Shown here: piece by piece, positions 18,317 to 27,307 of the stretch | Layout of the letters: each line of letters begins with the position of its first letter | Position numbering within the stretch: the first letter of the stretch is position 1 | Source of the DNA: an uncultured Candidatus Actinomarina sp. | Lineage (GTDB): Bacteria; Actinomycetota; Acidimicrobiia; Actinomarinales; Actinomarinaceae | Assembly: GCA_902521955.1 (NCBI GenBank) | Contig: CABYTP010000003.1 | Span: 5,910 to 69,909 of the forward strand | Length of the DNA stretch: 64,000 bases | Direction of reading: 5' to 3' | Notes under the pieces: model-generated | Told to the model about the DNA's origin: nothing | The model's database searches: none | The model's input: the letters and a program-made list of their open reading frames with translations, nothing else | Program-made: the position numbers and the translations under genes

Positions 18317-18672
18317 TGGGTAATTTCTAACCTATCTCCAATTTCAATAACTGGTTTTTTATCATACTTACAACTCACATCCCCAGGTAAAGCTGCTTCT
18401 GTTGCGCTATCAAGCTTTAAAACCAAATGGCCTAGATTTTTAAAATTTTCATTAGCAACAGGTCCAACAGCAGTTACTTCTAAATTTGCATCTGATAAAA
18501 GAATTTTAGATCCAACAATAATCTCTTCCGAAATCTCATTAAGTTTATGAATTACTGCAAAATCTTGTAGCTCTTCTGGAGCATTATCACCAAAAAAGAC
18601 AACTATTCCTTCATCTAAAAATAAACTTGCCTGGTCACCTATTCGGACTATTTCAGAAGAATAGATGTGCAT
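18313..18672 (-). CDS. srlB: PTS EIIA component, glucitol/sorbitol-specific
   Basis: 119 aa. I could align it to E. coli SrlB over its full length (IVRIG ... APEEL ... VTAVGPVANENFKNLGHLVLK vs VTAVGSVAEDNLRELGHVTLR). Confidence 0.8.
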   Translation of the reverse strand: MHIYSSEIVRIGDQASLFLDEGIVVFFGDNAPEELQDFAVIHKLNEISEEIIVGSKILLSDANLEVTAVGPVANENFKNLGHLVLKLDSATEAALPGDVSCKYDKKPVIEIGDRLEITQ

Positions 18673-19049
18673 TAAGCTTCTGTTACTTGATCCTCAGATA
18701 CGCCTGAAACAAAGTTTTCTTCCTTAATAAACTGTGCAAGAGGGCCGGCAGGCGTCGTATCATGTATGTCAATTGTAGGAACGCCTTTCATTGGATAAAC
18801 CCCAATTCTTGCTGTTCCACCACAATCAATAACAGCGCATGCCATTGCTTTAAAACTTCCTTCTGGTGATGATTTAAAACCATCAAATGCCTCTGCACCT
18901 GTTAAGTCAGCGATCTTTTGTGCTACTGGGTGTATACCTCCACCTGTAATGCAAACAATATATTTTCTTTCATCTGTTGGTTGGATTTCTAAAGGACCGC
19001 CCCAGCCACTCTTTCCTGCTTCTACTTTAACTTTTTTATAATCTGCCAT
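18672..19049 (-). CDS. PTS EIIB domain protein, glucitol family (equivalent to SrlE N-terminal domain)
   Basis: 125 aa. GKSGWGGPLEI ... AVIDCGGTARIGVYP ... PTIDIH ... GPLAQFI parallels SrlE residues GTGGWGGPLEL ... AVIDCGGTLRCGIYP ... PTINIH ... GPLAQYI. Confidence 0.8.
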   Translation of the reverse strand: MADYKKVKVEAGKSGWGGPLEIQPTDERKYIVCITGGGIHPVAQKIADLTGAEAFDGFKSSPEGSFKAMACAVIDCGGTARIGVYPMKGVPTIDIHDTTPAGPLAQFIKEENFVSGVSEDQVTEA

Positions 19050-19066
19050 TTATTCTCCTTAAAATT

Positions 19067-19098
19067 TGTAACGCTCTGATTTTACACAGAGCGTTACA
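19067..19098 (-). other. intra-operon 12 bp hairpin between glucitol EIIC2 and EIIB genes
   Basis: TGTAACGCTCTG (19067-19078) and CAGAGCGTTACA (19087-19098) form a perfect stem with an 8 nt loop. On the minus strand it is followed by AAUUUU and then the AAGGAG RBS of the EIIB gene. Confidence 0.5.
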
Positions 19099-19124
19099 TT
19101 CTTAACAATTGTTAAATTAAATCT

Positions 19125-19649
19125 TTACAACCCTAATGCAAACAAATAACCAACAACTACTGAGATTGGTCCAGTAATCATTCTGCTTGTCAGAACTGCT
19201 GGAACACCAATCGTAACTGTCTCAGGTTCAGCTTCACCTAGTGCTAATCCTACAGGAACAAAGTCACAACCAACTTGTGGGTTGATTGCAAACAATGCTG
19301 GAAGTGCCATTGAAACATCAATGTTTCCACGACCAATTTCTGTACCGATTAAAACACCCACAATTTGGGCAATAACAGCACCTGGTCCCAATAATGGTGA
19401 CAGGACTGGAATTGCACAAATGATACAAACTATCATCAATCCACCCAAACTGCTGGAAAAACCTTTTATTCCATTAGCAATAGCATCACCGACACCGGTT
19501 TCCAAAATCAAACCAATGACGAATGTTACGAATGCCATGAAAGGAATAATTGTTTTTAGACATAGATCAACTGCATCACGACCTGCTTGAAACAATGTTC
19601 CAACCACGCCACCAACTGACCTACCTATTTTTTCTATTAATGCTTGCAT
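19125..19649 (-). CDS. PTS EIIC2 membrane domain protein, glucitol family (equivalent to SrlE C-terminal domain)
   Basis: 174 aa. PFMAFV ... SPLLGPGAVIAQ ... ALPALFAINPQVGCDFVPVGLALGEAEPETV is near-identical in pattern to the C-terminal half of E. coli SrlE. Confidence 0.75.
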   Translation of the reverse strand: MQALIEKIGRSVGGVVGTLFQAGRDAVDLCLKTIIPFMAFVTFVIGLILETGVGDAIANGIKGFSSSLGGLMIVCIICAIPVLSPLLGPGAVIAQIVGVLIGTEIGRGNIDVSMALPALFAINPQVGCDFVPVGLALGEAEPETVTIGVPAVLTSRMITGPISVVVGYLFALGL

Positions 19650-20191
19650 TATTCGACACCCGCCTTTCTTGCTGCCATAATGTTATAAATAATGTCAGTG
19701 ACAATACCTCTAATCAAAATAACTACAAGACCAGCAAGTAGGTAACGAACTGCTAAAGCAGTAACCATGTCAGGTGCAACAATCTCTACACCTGCAGCAA
19801 TGCCTAACCATACGAACAACTCTCCACCATTTGCATGTGGAAATATTCCCGTAATTGGATGTACAAAGCTGACTGCTGAATCATAAAATGCCGGTTTGTG
19901 CTTTTCTGGCAAAAATGTACCGAATGTATAACAAACTGGGTTAGTTAACATAAACACAGCAACAAACGGTAAAAGAGTATACCTTACAGGCATGTATGCC
20001 CATCCTTCTTGAGAAGCCCATTTTGCAAACCCCTCTACTCTTTCTTCACCAATAAACTTGACCAAAGCATTTACTGCGGTCAAGAACACTACCACAATTG
20101 GAATAATTCCAGTTGTGAATCCCACAAATACGTCAGCAGCGGTTCTAAATACTTGGATAAAGGCTTCTGCGCCATTTACTAAAGCATCCAT
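19649..20191 (-). CDS. srlA: PTS EIIC1 component, glucitol/sorbitol-specific
   Basis: 180 aa. GAEAFI ... GIIP ... LPEKHKPAFYD ... FPHANGGELFVWLGIA parallels SrlA (MPEKYKPSYY ... FPHINPGELFVYLGIA). Confidence 0.85.
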   Translation of the reverse strand: MDALVNGAEAFIQVFRTAADVFVGFTTGIIPIVVVFLTAVNALVKFIGEERVEGFAKWASQEGWAYMPVRYTLLPFVAVFMLTNPVCYTFGTFLPEKHKPAFYDSAVSFVHPITGIFPHANGGELFVWLGIAAGVEIVAPDMVTALAVRYLLAGLVVILIRGIVTDIIYNIMAARKAGVE

Positions 20192-20206
20192 TTCTCCCCC
20201 TTTTTA

Positions 20207-20620
20207 CTAACTTATCGAATTACTATCTTTTTTACTTTCAATTCTTTTAATCAAAGTATCAGATGCCATAGAGGCAGCTTCCCAGATAGGTTCGTTTTTA
20301 TCTGAAGTAACAATTTCATGCAAACTCATACCATTGAACAATGTAAGTTTTTTACTTTTTGCAAAAGTAGTAACACCTTCTAGGGTTAGGCCATCAACAA
20401 TAATTGATTCTGCATTAGCTGAAATTGCTATATAGATTTTTTTTCTTCCCCATTTAGGCTGGTTGACGCCAATGGCAACTTCAAGATTCGGGCCCTTAAT
20501 GCTGTTAACTGCATTAAGAAAGCTCGTAGCTTGTTTTTTTGCTAGATACATTTGTAATACCCACATCAAGGCAAGAGTTACAAATATTATGCCTATGGCA
20601 TAAGGTGAATCTAGCACCAT
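20207..20620 (-). CDS. gutM: GutM-like glucitol operon activator
   Basis: 137 aa. N-terminal TM helix, then ... GRKKIYIAISANAESIIVDGLTLEGVTTFAK, which resembles GutM (PRVVVAIALDDQQRIVDTLFMKGLTVFAR). Sits directly upstream of srlA. Confidence 0.55.
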   Translation of the reverse strand: MVLDSPYAIGIIFVTLALMWVLQMYLAKKQATSFLNAVNSIKGPNLEVAIGVNQPKWGRKKIYIAISANAESIIVDGLTLEGVTTFAKSKKLTLFNGMSLHEIVTSDKNEPIWEAASMASDTLIKRIESKKDSNSIS

Positions 20621-20695
20621 TATTCTCCCCCAACTAAATGATTAATCTAATTTTACTTTTTAAAAATTGGGCTTATCGAGTGTTTTGGTAAAATT

Positions 20696-20744
20696 TCAAT
20701 AAATTTATTGACAGTTTTTTTATTTTGTTAAGAAATGTTAACAA
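20696..20744. promoter_or_regulatory. candidate operator palindromes upstream of gutM
   Basis: Perfect 16 bp palindrome TCAATAAATTTATTGA (20696-20711). Inverted repeat TTGTTAA-n6-TTAACAA (20725-20744). The TTAACAA/TTGTTAA half-site recurs as TTAACAATTGTTAA at 19102-19115. Confidence 0.3.
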
Positions 20745-20745
20745 A

Positions 20746-21426
20746 TTAAATCATAGTTTCGAGTTTGAAAATATCCTCGATGAAAGTTACTTTCATATTT
20801 CTTGGGTCTCCTGGTATCACAACTGCCTCAAGTTCTGAATATTTAGATACACACTCGGTAGTATCTACGGCTTGCCAATTATCTAGCTTTGCAAGTTCAT
20901 AAGATTTCCACAATTCTGAAGCTGGAAATATTTGAGGTGTTTGTATTTCAACAATAGTTTCTTGTTTTGTATCGCTATTTAAATTATCTTTTTTCATAAG
21001 ATTTTCTGAATTAAATCCTGGTGCAGATGCTCCATATTTAGTTGCTACATCAATTAGTTCATCTAGTAAATATATAGGAAGAAGCGGTCTTGCTCCATCA
21101 TGTATTAATATTAAATCCTCTTCATCTACATCTTCTCTTTCTTTTAAATTTGCTAAACCTTGGTATTCACTTTCGTGCCTAGTATTTCCTCCAACTGCAA
21201 CCCCTGCGAGCTTTTTTGGATTTGTTAGTTCGATAACATTGTTTGTTTTGTCCCAGTCTTCATCTCGAACAACTAATAATATTGAGTCTACTTTCTCAGA
21301 CTGATCTAGAGTTTCTAAAGCCCACGAGAGCGCTGGCTTGCCTCCAATAGGAAAGTAAACTTTATTTTCTTCATTGTTAAACCTATCACTGGATCCACCA
21401 GCTAATAAGATTGCATGTACTTTCAA
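20746..21426 (-). CDS. IspD/TarI-family sugar-alcohol-phosphate cytidylyltransferase
   Basis: 226 aa. AILLAGGSSDRF ... K.Y..IGGKP and IHDGARP motifs of the IspD/TarI nucleotidyltransferase family. The start overlaps the ptsI stop by 4 nt. Confidence 0.75.
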   Translation of the reverse strand: MKVHAILLAGGSSDRFNNEENKVYFPIGGKPALSWALETLDQSEKVDSILLVVRDEDWDKTNNVIELTNPKKLAGVAVGGNTRHESEYQGLANLKEREDVDEEDLILIHDGARPLLPIYLLDELIDVATKYGASAPGFNSENLMKKDNLNSDTKQETIVEIQTPQIFPASELWKSYELAKLDNWQAVDTTECVSKYSELEAVVIPGDPRNMKVTFIEDIFKLETMI

Positions 21427-23055
21427 AGTATGTCTTCCTTTATTAGAAGCGTTACCTCTTCAGCATTATTCGCAGATAGCATTTTGTCTACAAATTTTTC
21501 TGGAATGTTATCAGAATTCTCTTCTAGAATTTCAAAAACAAAAGGAGCCGCAGCTGGTGACATACTAAATGTCCTTAAACCTAAAATATACAACGCCAAA
21601 GCTGAAATGGGATCTGATGCCATTTCACCACAGACAGAAACTTCAATTTTATTTTTTCTACAATTATTTATAACTTCTGAAATTGCTCGGAGTACAGCTG
21701 GGTGAAGTGGGTTTTGATATTTACTAAGATTACTATTACCTCTGTCAGCAGCCATTATGTACTGTGTTAAATCATTTGTACCAATTGAAATAAAATCTAC
21801 AACTTCTGAAAACTGATCTGACATTAATGCTGATGATGGTGTTTCAACCATTATCCCTAATGGCGGAGTTTTTTAAATTAAGCTCTTCGGCAATTTCATT
21901 TACATAATTTTTAGCATCTAAAAAATCTTCTATTGTAGATACCATAGGAAACATAACTTTAACCCTATCAATACAGTCTGATTCTAAAATTGATCTAACT
22001 TGTGAATGGAAAATATCCTTATTCTGAAGTGATAATCTTATACCCCTAACTCCCAAAAATGGATTTTCTTCAACTGGTAAATTTAAATGCTTTACCTGCT
22101 TATCACCACCTATATCCAGCGTTCTGTATACAATTGTTCCTTTAAATTTTTCTGAAAGTTCAGATAGTACTTTTTTTTGGTCTTCAAATGTTGGTGGGCT
22201 TTGCCTATCTAAATAAATAAACTCTGACCTAAATAGGCCTATTGAATCTAAGAATAAATGTTCAAAATTATTGATTTCTTCTGAGGAGCCGACATTAATT
22301 CTGAAATCAATTCCTAATTTCTCATATTTATCTTTAGTAAAGTTGCTAATTACTAAATTAATATTTTCTGATTTTCTTTTAAGTTCTGAAATTATTTCCT
22401 CTGAAGGAGAAAAGATAACCTCTCCACTTTCTCCATCTATTGCGATTTCAGTTCCTGTTGATATATCATTTACGGACTCTTTAAGACCAATTACGCAGGG
22501 GATTCCTAAGTTTTTGGCAACAATTACAGCATGGGAAGTGAAACCACCTTCTTTTAAAATAATGCCCGAGACTTTATTTAAGTCCATGGATGATGTATCA
22601 GCAGGGGTCAAATCATTAGCGATTAGAATAGTATTCTCCTCAAATGTTGTAGATATATCCTTATCCTGCATTGCAAAAATAAGATGCTTTCCAACTGAAA
22701 TAATATCTTCTGATCTTTGCTTAAAATAATCATCCTCCATGGAGTCAAAGATTGATGCTGTAGATGAAAAGACTTCAAATACTTTTTCAGTTGAAATGTC
22801 AGAGTTCACATCAAACTGGTTTGTGATTTCAGGATCTTCTAGAATCAAGATATAAGCATCAAGTACTTCGGCCTCATCAATCCTATCTTTAGATTTAAAA
22901 GATTCAATCTGTTTCTTAAACCTTTTAATCAAATTAGATTTAGCTACCTCAAAAGAAATACTCATAGGACTTTCGAAATTTATTTCATTTTCATATATAT
23001 ATGAACTACCTATAGCTATTCCTATTGAAGCGCCTAGACCTTTAACACTTGTCAT
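21423..23055 (-). pseudogene. ptsI: PTS enzyme I (ptsI) interrupted by a +1 frameshift in an A6 run
   Basis: The N-terminal 403 aa ORF (GGFTSHAVIVAKNLGIPCVIG, active-site His) and the C-terminal 142 aa ORF (IGTNDLTQY, CGEMASDP) are in different frames. Deleting one base of the homopolymer at 21869-21874 gives LNLKTPPLGIMVETPSS, a continuous EI. Confidence 0.8.
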
Positions 23056-23130
23056 ATTTACATCAACCTTGTTTAAAAAATTTCTTTTTAATATTTATGA
23101 TTACTCAAAAATATTATTAATTTAAATTAT

Positions 23131-23589
23131 ATGCAGATTTTAGTGCTTGAGGTTAATAGTTCTATTACTTTGTTTAATTTAAATGAAATTAATGGAAATT
23201 TAACTTTCGAAAAAATAAACGAAATTGATAACCCTAAATTCCTTGATTATGTGGATGACACAGAATGCATAATATTAGATAATACTGCACCGGATGAACC
23301 TAAACTTTCAGTTGTCCTTAGCAACTTGTTATCTTCTGACTACAAAGTAACTACAAATAATGTTACAAATGCTATTAAAAAAATTAATAATCAGGGGCAA
23401 ATCATCGAACACCTTGATCGAGAAGAATACATCAGGCTCTGCACTCCAGCTAAATCTAACATTGGGATTATTAAATCTTATTTTGAAAAATATGCTCAGT
23501 GGAATCTAAACAAATTTATGCTTGAAAATGATGCTTACTACGACAAATATCAGGCACTTGAGCCAGAAGTATATTTGGAATCTAAATAA
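23131..23589 (+). CDS. hypothetical protein
   Basis: 152 aa ORF with no motif recognised. The 3' end overlaps the convergent DMT gene by 40 nt. Confidence 0.35.
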   Translation: MQILVLEVNSSITLFNLNEINGNLTFEKINEIDNPKFLDYVDDTECIILDNTAPDEPKLSVVLSNLLSSDYKVTTNNVTNAIKKINNQGQIIEHLDREEYIRLCTPAKSNIGIIKSYFEKYAQWNLNKFMLENDAYYDKYQALEPEVYLESK

Positions 23590-24401
23590 ACCTGTACGAC
23601 CCCAGCACCAATAACTAATAGAAAACCAAAATATTGAATATTCTGTAAATTTTCATTAAGTATCACTGCTCCAATAATTACACCTGTTACTGGCTCTAAG
23701 TATGTAATCGTTCCAATAGACAAAGGTGTGATAATTTTTACAACATACCAATAGGTTGCGAGTCCAACTCCGGTTAGGAAAAATCCTAGAAATATGCTGA
23801 CTGCTAAATTGTCAACCATCCAAGAAAACCCAGTAATGGTAAAAGGTGTTAAACAAGCTCCAGCGAACAATACCTGGATGAATGCAACATTAAGACCACC
23901 AAATTCTTTTGATTTTTCAGAACCATAGATTATCAAAATTGCAAGCGTTACTGCACTGATAATCCCGTAAAGTACTCCAACCATTGAAGATATGGTTGAT
24001 AAGTCTAAGAGGAGAAATAGTCCAAGGAATCCAGTCAGAATAATTAGTACTTGATGTCTCTTTACATTTTGACCTCTAAATATTTCAAATAAAATAATGA
24101 AAATAGGATAAGAGAAAACTAGACCAATGCCCACAGCAACTGTATTGAGCTCAATTGACTTAAACATTGTCGACCAATGAATAGCGAGCAGTGGGCCTAG
24201 AATAATACCTGAACGTACCAATTCTTTTCTTATCCCACCTCTTGTAATTACAAAAAAGAATAAAAATATAGTTCCAAGGAAAGTTCTAATGCCAACTAAA
24301 GAGAGGGAGCTAACATCTGAAGTTCTGATTATAAGTGGAATAGTTCCCCATGAAATTGCTAATAAGCTAATTAAAAAATAAGCCCTGAGTTTAGAATTCA
24401 A
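23550..24401 (-). CDS. EamA/DMT-family transporter
   Basis: 283 aa, about 10 TM helices arranged as two EamA-like repeats (WGTIPLIIR ...). Confidence 0.7.
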   Translation of the reverse strand: MNSKLRAYFLISLLAISWGTIPLIIRTSDVSSLSLVGIRTFLGTIFLFFFVITRGGIRKELVRSGIILGPLLAIHWSTMFKSIELNTVAVGIGLVFSYPIFIILFEIFRGQNVKRHQVLIILTGFLGLFLLLDLSTISSMVGVLYGIISAVTLAILIIYGSEKSKEFGGLNVAFIQVLFAGACLTPFTITGFSWMVDNLAVSIFLGFFLTGVGLATYWYVVKIITPLSIGTITYLEPVTGVIIGAVILNENLQNIQYFGFLLVIGAGVVQVYLDSKYTSGSSA

Positions 24402-24403
24402 AC

Positions 24404-25765
24404 TTACTGTTGTTCTTGTCTTGAGTAATTACTAAATTGTGTGAACTCTTTACTAAAGAAGAGTTCTACTTTTCCTGTCATACCAGATCTGTTTTTAACT
24501 ATATTTACTTCTGCAACACCAGGTACGTCTGTCCCTGGGTTGTAGTAATCATCTCTATAAAGCATCATCACAATATCAGCATCCTGCTCAATTGCACCTG
24601 ATTCACGGAGATCACCAAGACGTGGCCTTTTGTCTTCTCTCGCTTCAGCAGCTCTGTTTAACTGAGAGAGTGCAAGAATTGGGACTTTTAATTCTCGAGC
24701 TAAGTTTTTTAAGTTTCTGCTTATTTCGGCAATTTCTTGTTGTCTATTGTCTCCAGAAGAGCTCTGCATCAACTGAAGATAATCAACAATTATCAAATCT
24801 AAATTTTTTGCAGATTTAAGACGTCTTGACTTTGCTCTAATGTCAGTAACAGTGATGACGGGAGCATCGTCAAAATATAACGGTAGATTGTTCACTTTAG
24901 AAGCTGCTTCAACTACTCTTGACCATTTCTCAGGACCAAGTTGTCCTTTTCTAGCATCACCTGAAGTTACTTTTGCTTCTGAAAAGAGAACTCTCTGAAC
25001 AAGTTCTTCTTTTGTCATTTCAAGCGAGAAGAAAGCTACAACTTTACCCTCTTTTGCTACGTTAGTTCCTATGTTCAAAGCAAGCGAAGATTTACCCATG
25101 CTGGGTCTAGACGCAATAACAGCTAGATTTCCTTCTTGTAGTCCTGATAGGTAATTGTCTAAATCTGTAAAGTAGGTAGGTAAACCTGATAATCCAGTCC
25201 CTCTATTTTCTATTTCTTCAATTCTTTCGATTGCACCTTCCAAAACATCGGTAACACCAACCAACCCATCTCCGATAGCATCGTCAGAAGCTGTAAATAT
25301 TGTTTGCTCAGCTTCGTCAAGCACACTATGAATTTCTTTATCCATAGCCATTGCTAGAAGTTCTATTCTTCCACTAGCCTTTAATAATTTTCTTCTATGA
25401 GAATGTTCCAAAACAATCTCAATATATCTTTCAAAGTTTGCAGAACTTGGGACATTATCAACGAGTCTTGCAATATATGAAGCATTTATTGAAGTAGAGT
25501 TTTTAGAGTCTTTAAAAATTAACTCTGAGACGGTTACTGTATCAATTGGCTTACCTGTATCAAATAGTCCTTTCATGGCTTCATAAACTGTTTGGTTTGA
25601 CGGGCTATAGAAATCAGGTGGCCTAACTTCTTCCATTAACCTCGATACAGCATCTCTTGAAAGTAGAGCGCTTCCCAATAATGCTTCTTCTGCTTCTAAA
25701 CTATGGGGAGGAACCTTACCTAAAGACTGATTGTCTCTTGATGAAATTGCCTCTGGACCAACCAT
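24404..25765 (-). CDS. dnaB: replicative DNA helicase
   Basis: PPHSLEAEEALLGS N-terminus. Walker A RPSMGKSS. IIVDYLQLM. Arginine finger region ALSQLNR. No intein. Confidence 0.95.
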   Translation of the reverse strand: MVGPEAISSRDNQSLGKVPPHSLEAEEALLGSALLSRDAVSRLMEEVRPPDFYSPSNQTVYEAMKGLFDTGKPIDTVTVSELIFKDSKNSTSINASYIARLVDNVPSSANFERYIEIVLEHSHRRKLLKASGRIELLAMAMDKEIHSVLDEAEQTIFTASDDAIGDGLVGVTDVLEGAIERIEEIENRGTGLSGLPTYFTDLDNYLSGLQEGNLAVIASRPSMGKSSLALNIGTNVAKEGKVVAFFSLEMTKEELVQRVLFSEAKVTSGDARKGQLGPEKWSRVVEAASKVNNLPLYFDDAPVITVTDIRAKSRRLKSAKNLDLIIVDYLQLMQSSSGDNRQQEIAEISRNLKNLARELKVPILALSQLNRAAEAREDKRPRLGDLRESGAIEQDADIVMMLYRDDYYNPGTDVPGVAEVNIVKNRSGMTGKVELFFSKEFTQFSNYSRQEQQ

Positions 25766-26217
25766 TATTTTGTTTCAGGAACTACTTCAAGTGTTGTGTC
25801 AAACTGTGTATCAGGACCTAATACAACAGTTACTGTATGTAGTCCTATTTCTTTAACCTGGTCTTTCGTGTCAATTTGGCTCTCTTCAAGTTTATAACCT
25901 GAAAAAGTTTCAATTGCCTCAACAATCTGTTCATTACTAATTGCAGCATAGAGGGTTCCCTCATCTGTTGAGTTTTGAGAAATTACAATATGAGCATCTG
26001 CTAAAGCAGTTGTTATTGAATCTGCCAATTCACTATTTACCTGTGCCTGAAGTTTTCGTTTTTCTTGAATCTTCTCAGCAAGTTCTAAATTACTTGTAGT
26101 TGCCAAGATTGCTAATTTTTTTGGAAGCAAATAGTTTCTAGCGTATCCTTTTGCTACATTAACAATATCTCCTTTACGCCCAAGTGATTTGACATCTGAG
26201 TTAAGAATTAATTTCAT
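25765..26217 (-). CDS. rplI: 50S ribosomal protein L9
   Basis: [36 protein letters not shown] is the canonical L9 N-terminus. Confidence 0.9.
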   Translation of the reverse strand: MKLILNSDVKSLGRKGDIVNVAKGYARNYLLPKKLAILATTSNLELAEKIQEKRKLQAQVNSELADSITTALADAHIVISQNSTDEGTLYAAISNEQIVEAIETFSGYKLEESQIDTKDQVKEIGLHTVTVVLGPDTQFDTTLEVVPETK

Positions 26218-26498
26218 CTCCTATTACCGTAACTTTGCTTATAGGAGCTTGTTGTAACATAAGGTAATAAAGCTAGCTCTCTAGCAACTTTTATTAGTCG
26301 AGCCACTTTAGCTTGTTCTTGTTTAGTGATTCCAGTAATTAAGCTGGATCTAATCTTTCCTCTGTCGGAGATGAATTTTTCCAAAAGCTTTACATCTTTA
26401 TAAGTCGCATTTTCAATTTGTTTTTTTGTTATTCTTCTCTGCTTAGGTGCTTCATATTTTGAAGCTCTTCTTCCTGAATTTCTTTTAGTATTTGCCAT
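26214..26498 (-). CDS. rpsR: 30S ribosomal protein S18
   Basis: [24 protein letters not shown] ... [22 protein letters not shown] is the S18 signature. Confidence 0.9.
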   Translation of the reverse strand: MANTKRNSGRRASKYEAPKQRRITKKQIENATYKDVKLLEKFISDRGKIRSSLITGITKQEQAKVARLIKVARELALLPYVTTSSYKQSYGNRR

Positions 26499-26510
26499 TA
26501 TTAAATCTCC

Positions 26511-26936
26511 TTAGAACGGTGCTTCGTCTTCTTCGTAATTTTCTCTTGCTACTGGTTGAGGTGATGATGACATACCACCTGAAGACCTTTCAATATTTGC
26601 TTTTGCCCATCTTAGACTTGGTGCTATTTCATCAATTGAGATGTCCACTACAGATCTATTCTGACCATCTTGTGTTTCCCAAGATCTATAATTTAATTTT
26701 CCTACGACAATAACTCTCATTCCTTTTTGTAATGAGGCTGCTGCGTTTTCTGCCATGTCATTCCAAACGGTACCTTGGAAGAACATAGCATCTCCTTCTT
26801 CCCAAGATCCATCAGAGTTTCTTTTGCGCTTATTTTGTGCAATCCTTATTTCAGCTAATGTTGCACCACCATCAGTTACCCTTACTTCCGGGTCTGCTGT
26901 TAAATTTCCAACTATTGTTACTGTGTTATCTACCAT
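26511..26936 (-). CDS. ssb: single-stranded DNA-binding protein
   Basis: OB-fold N-terminus (NTVTIVGNLTADPEVR), Gly/Ser-rich linker and an acidic tail ending DEAPF. Confidence 0.9.
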   Translation of the reverse strand: MVDNTVTIVGNLTADPEVRVTDGGATLAEIRIAQNKRKRNSDGSWEEGDAMFFQGTVWNDMAENAAASLQKGMRVIVVGKLNYRSWETQDGQNRSVVDISIDEIAPSLRWAKANIERSSGGMSSSPQPVARENYEEDEAPF

Positions 26937-26948
26937 CTTTATCTACTC

Positions 26949-27236
26949 CTAGCTTTCCATCTTTAACACTTTGTGTCTAATCACATCATCAGATATTTTT
27001 AGCACTCTATCTAACTCTGCTGGCACATTTGAAGGGCTTTCAAAACTTGTTATTGTATAAATTCCTTCTTTAAATGTATCAATTTCGTATGCAAATTTTC
27101 TTCTTTGCCATACTCCCTGTTCCGATACATTACCTCCACCATTTGAAATCACATCTGTGATTGATTTGTGGATTGATTCGACGACTGATTCGTCTGCTGT
27201 TGGTCTCACTATTGAGACTAAGTCATATTTATTCAT
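26949..27236 (-). CDS. rpsF: 30S ribosomal protein S6
   Basis: MNKYDLVSIVRP ... WQRRKFAYEI ... G.Y is typical S6. Lies in rpsF-ssb-rpsR-rplI order. Confidence 0.9.
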   Translation of the reverse strand: MNKYDLVSIVRPTADESVVESIHKSITDVISNGGGNVSEQGVWQRRKFAYEIDTFKEGIYTITSFESPSNVPAELDRVLKISDDVIRHKVLKMES

Positions 27237-27256
27237 TTTTCTCCTATGGACACTTG

Positions 27257-27283
27257 TACGTGGCTTCTTATGAAGCAGGTACT
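27257..27283 (-). ncRNA. candidate rpsF 5' leader hairpin (possible S6:S18 autoregulatory element)
   Basis: Minus strand GUAC-CU-GCUUC-AUAA-GAAGC-CAC-GUAC. This is a bulged hairpin about 20 nt upstream of the rpsF RBS (AGGAG). Confidence 0.25.
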
Positions 27284-27307
27284 TATTAATTTAATAGTAG
27301 GAATTAG

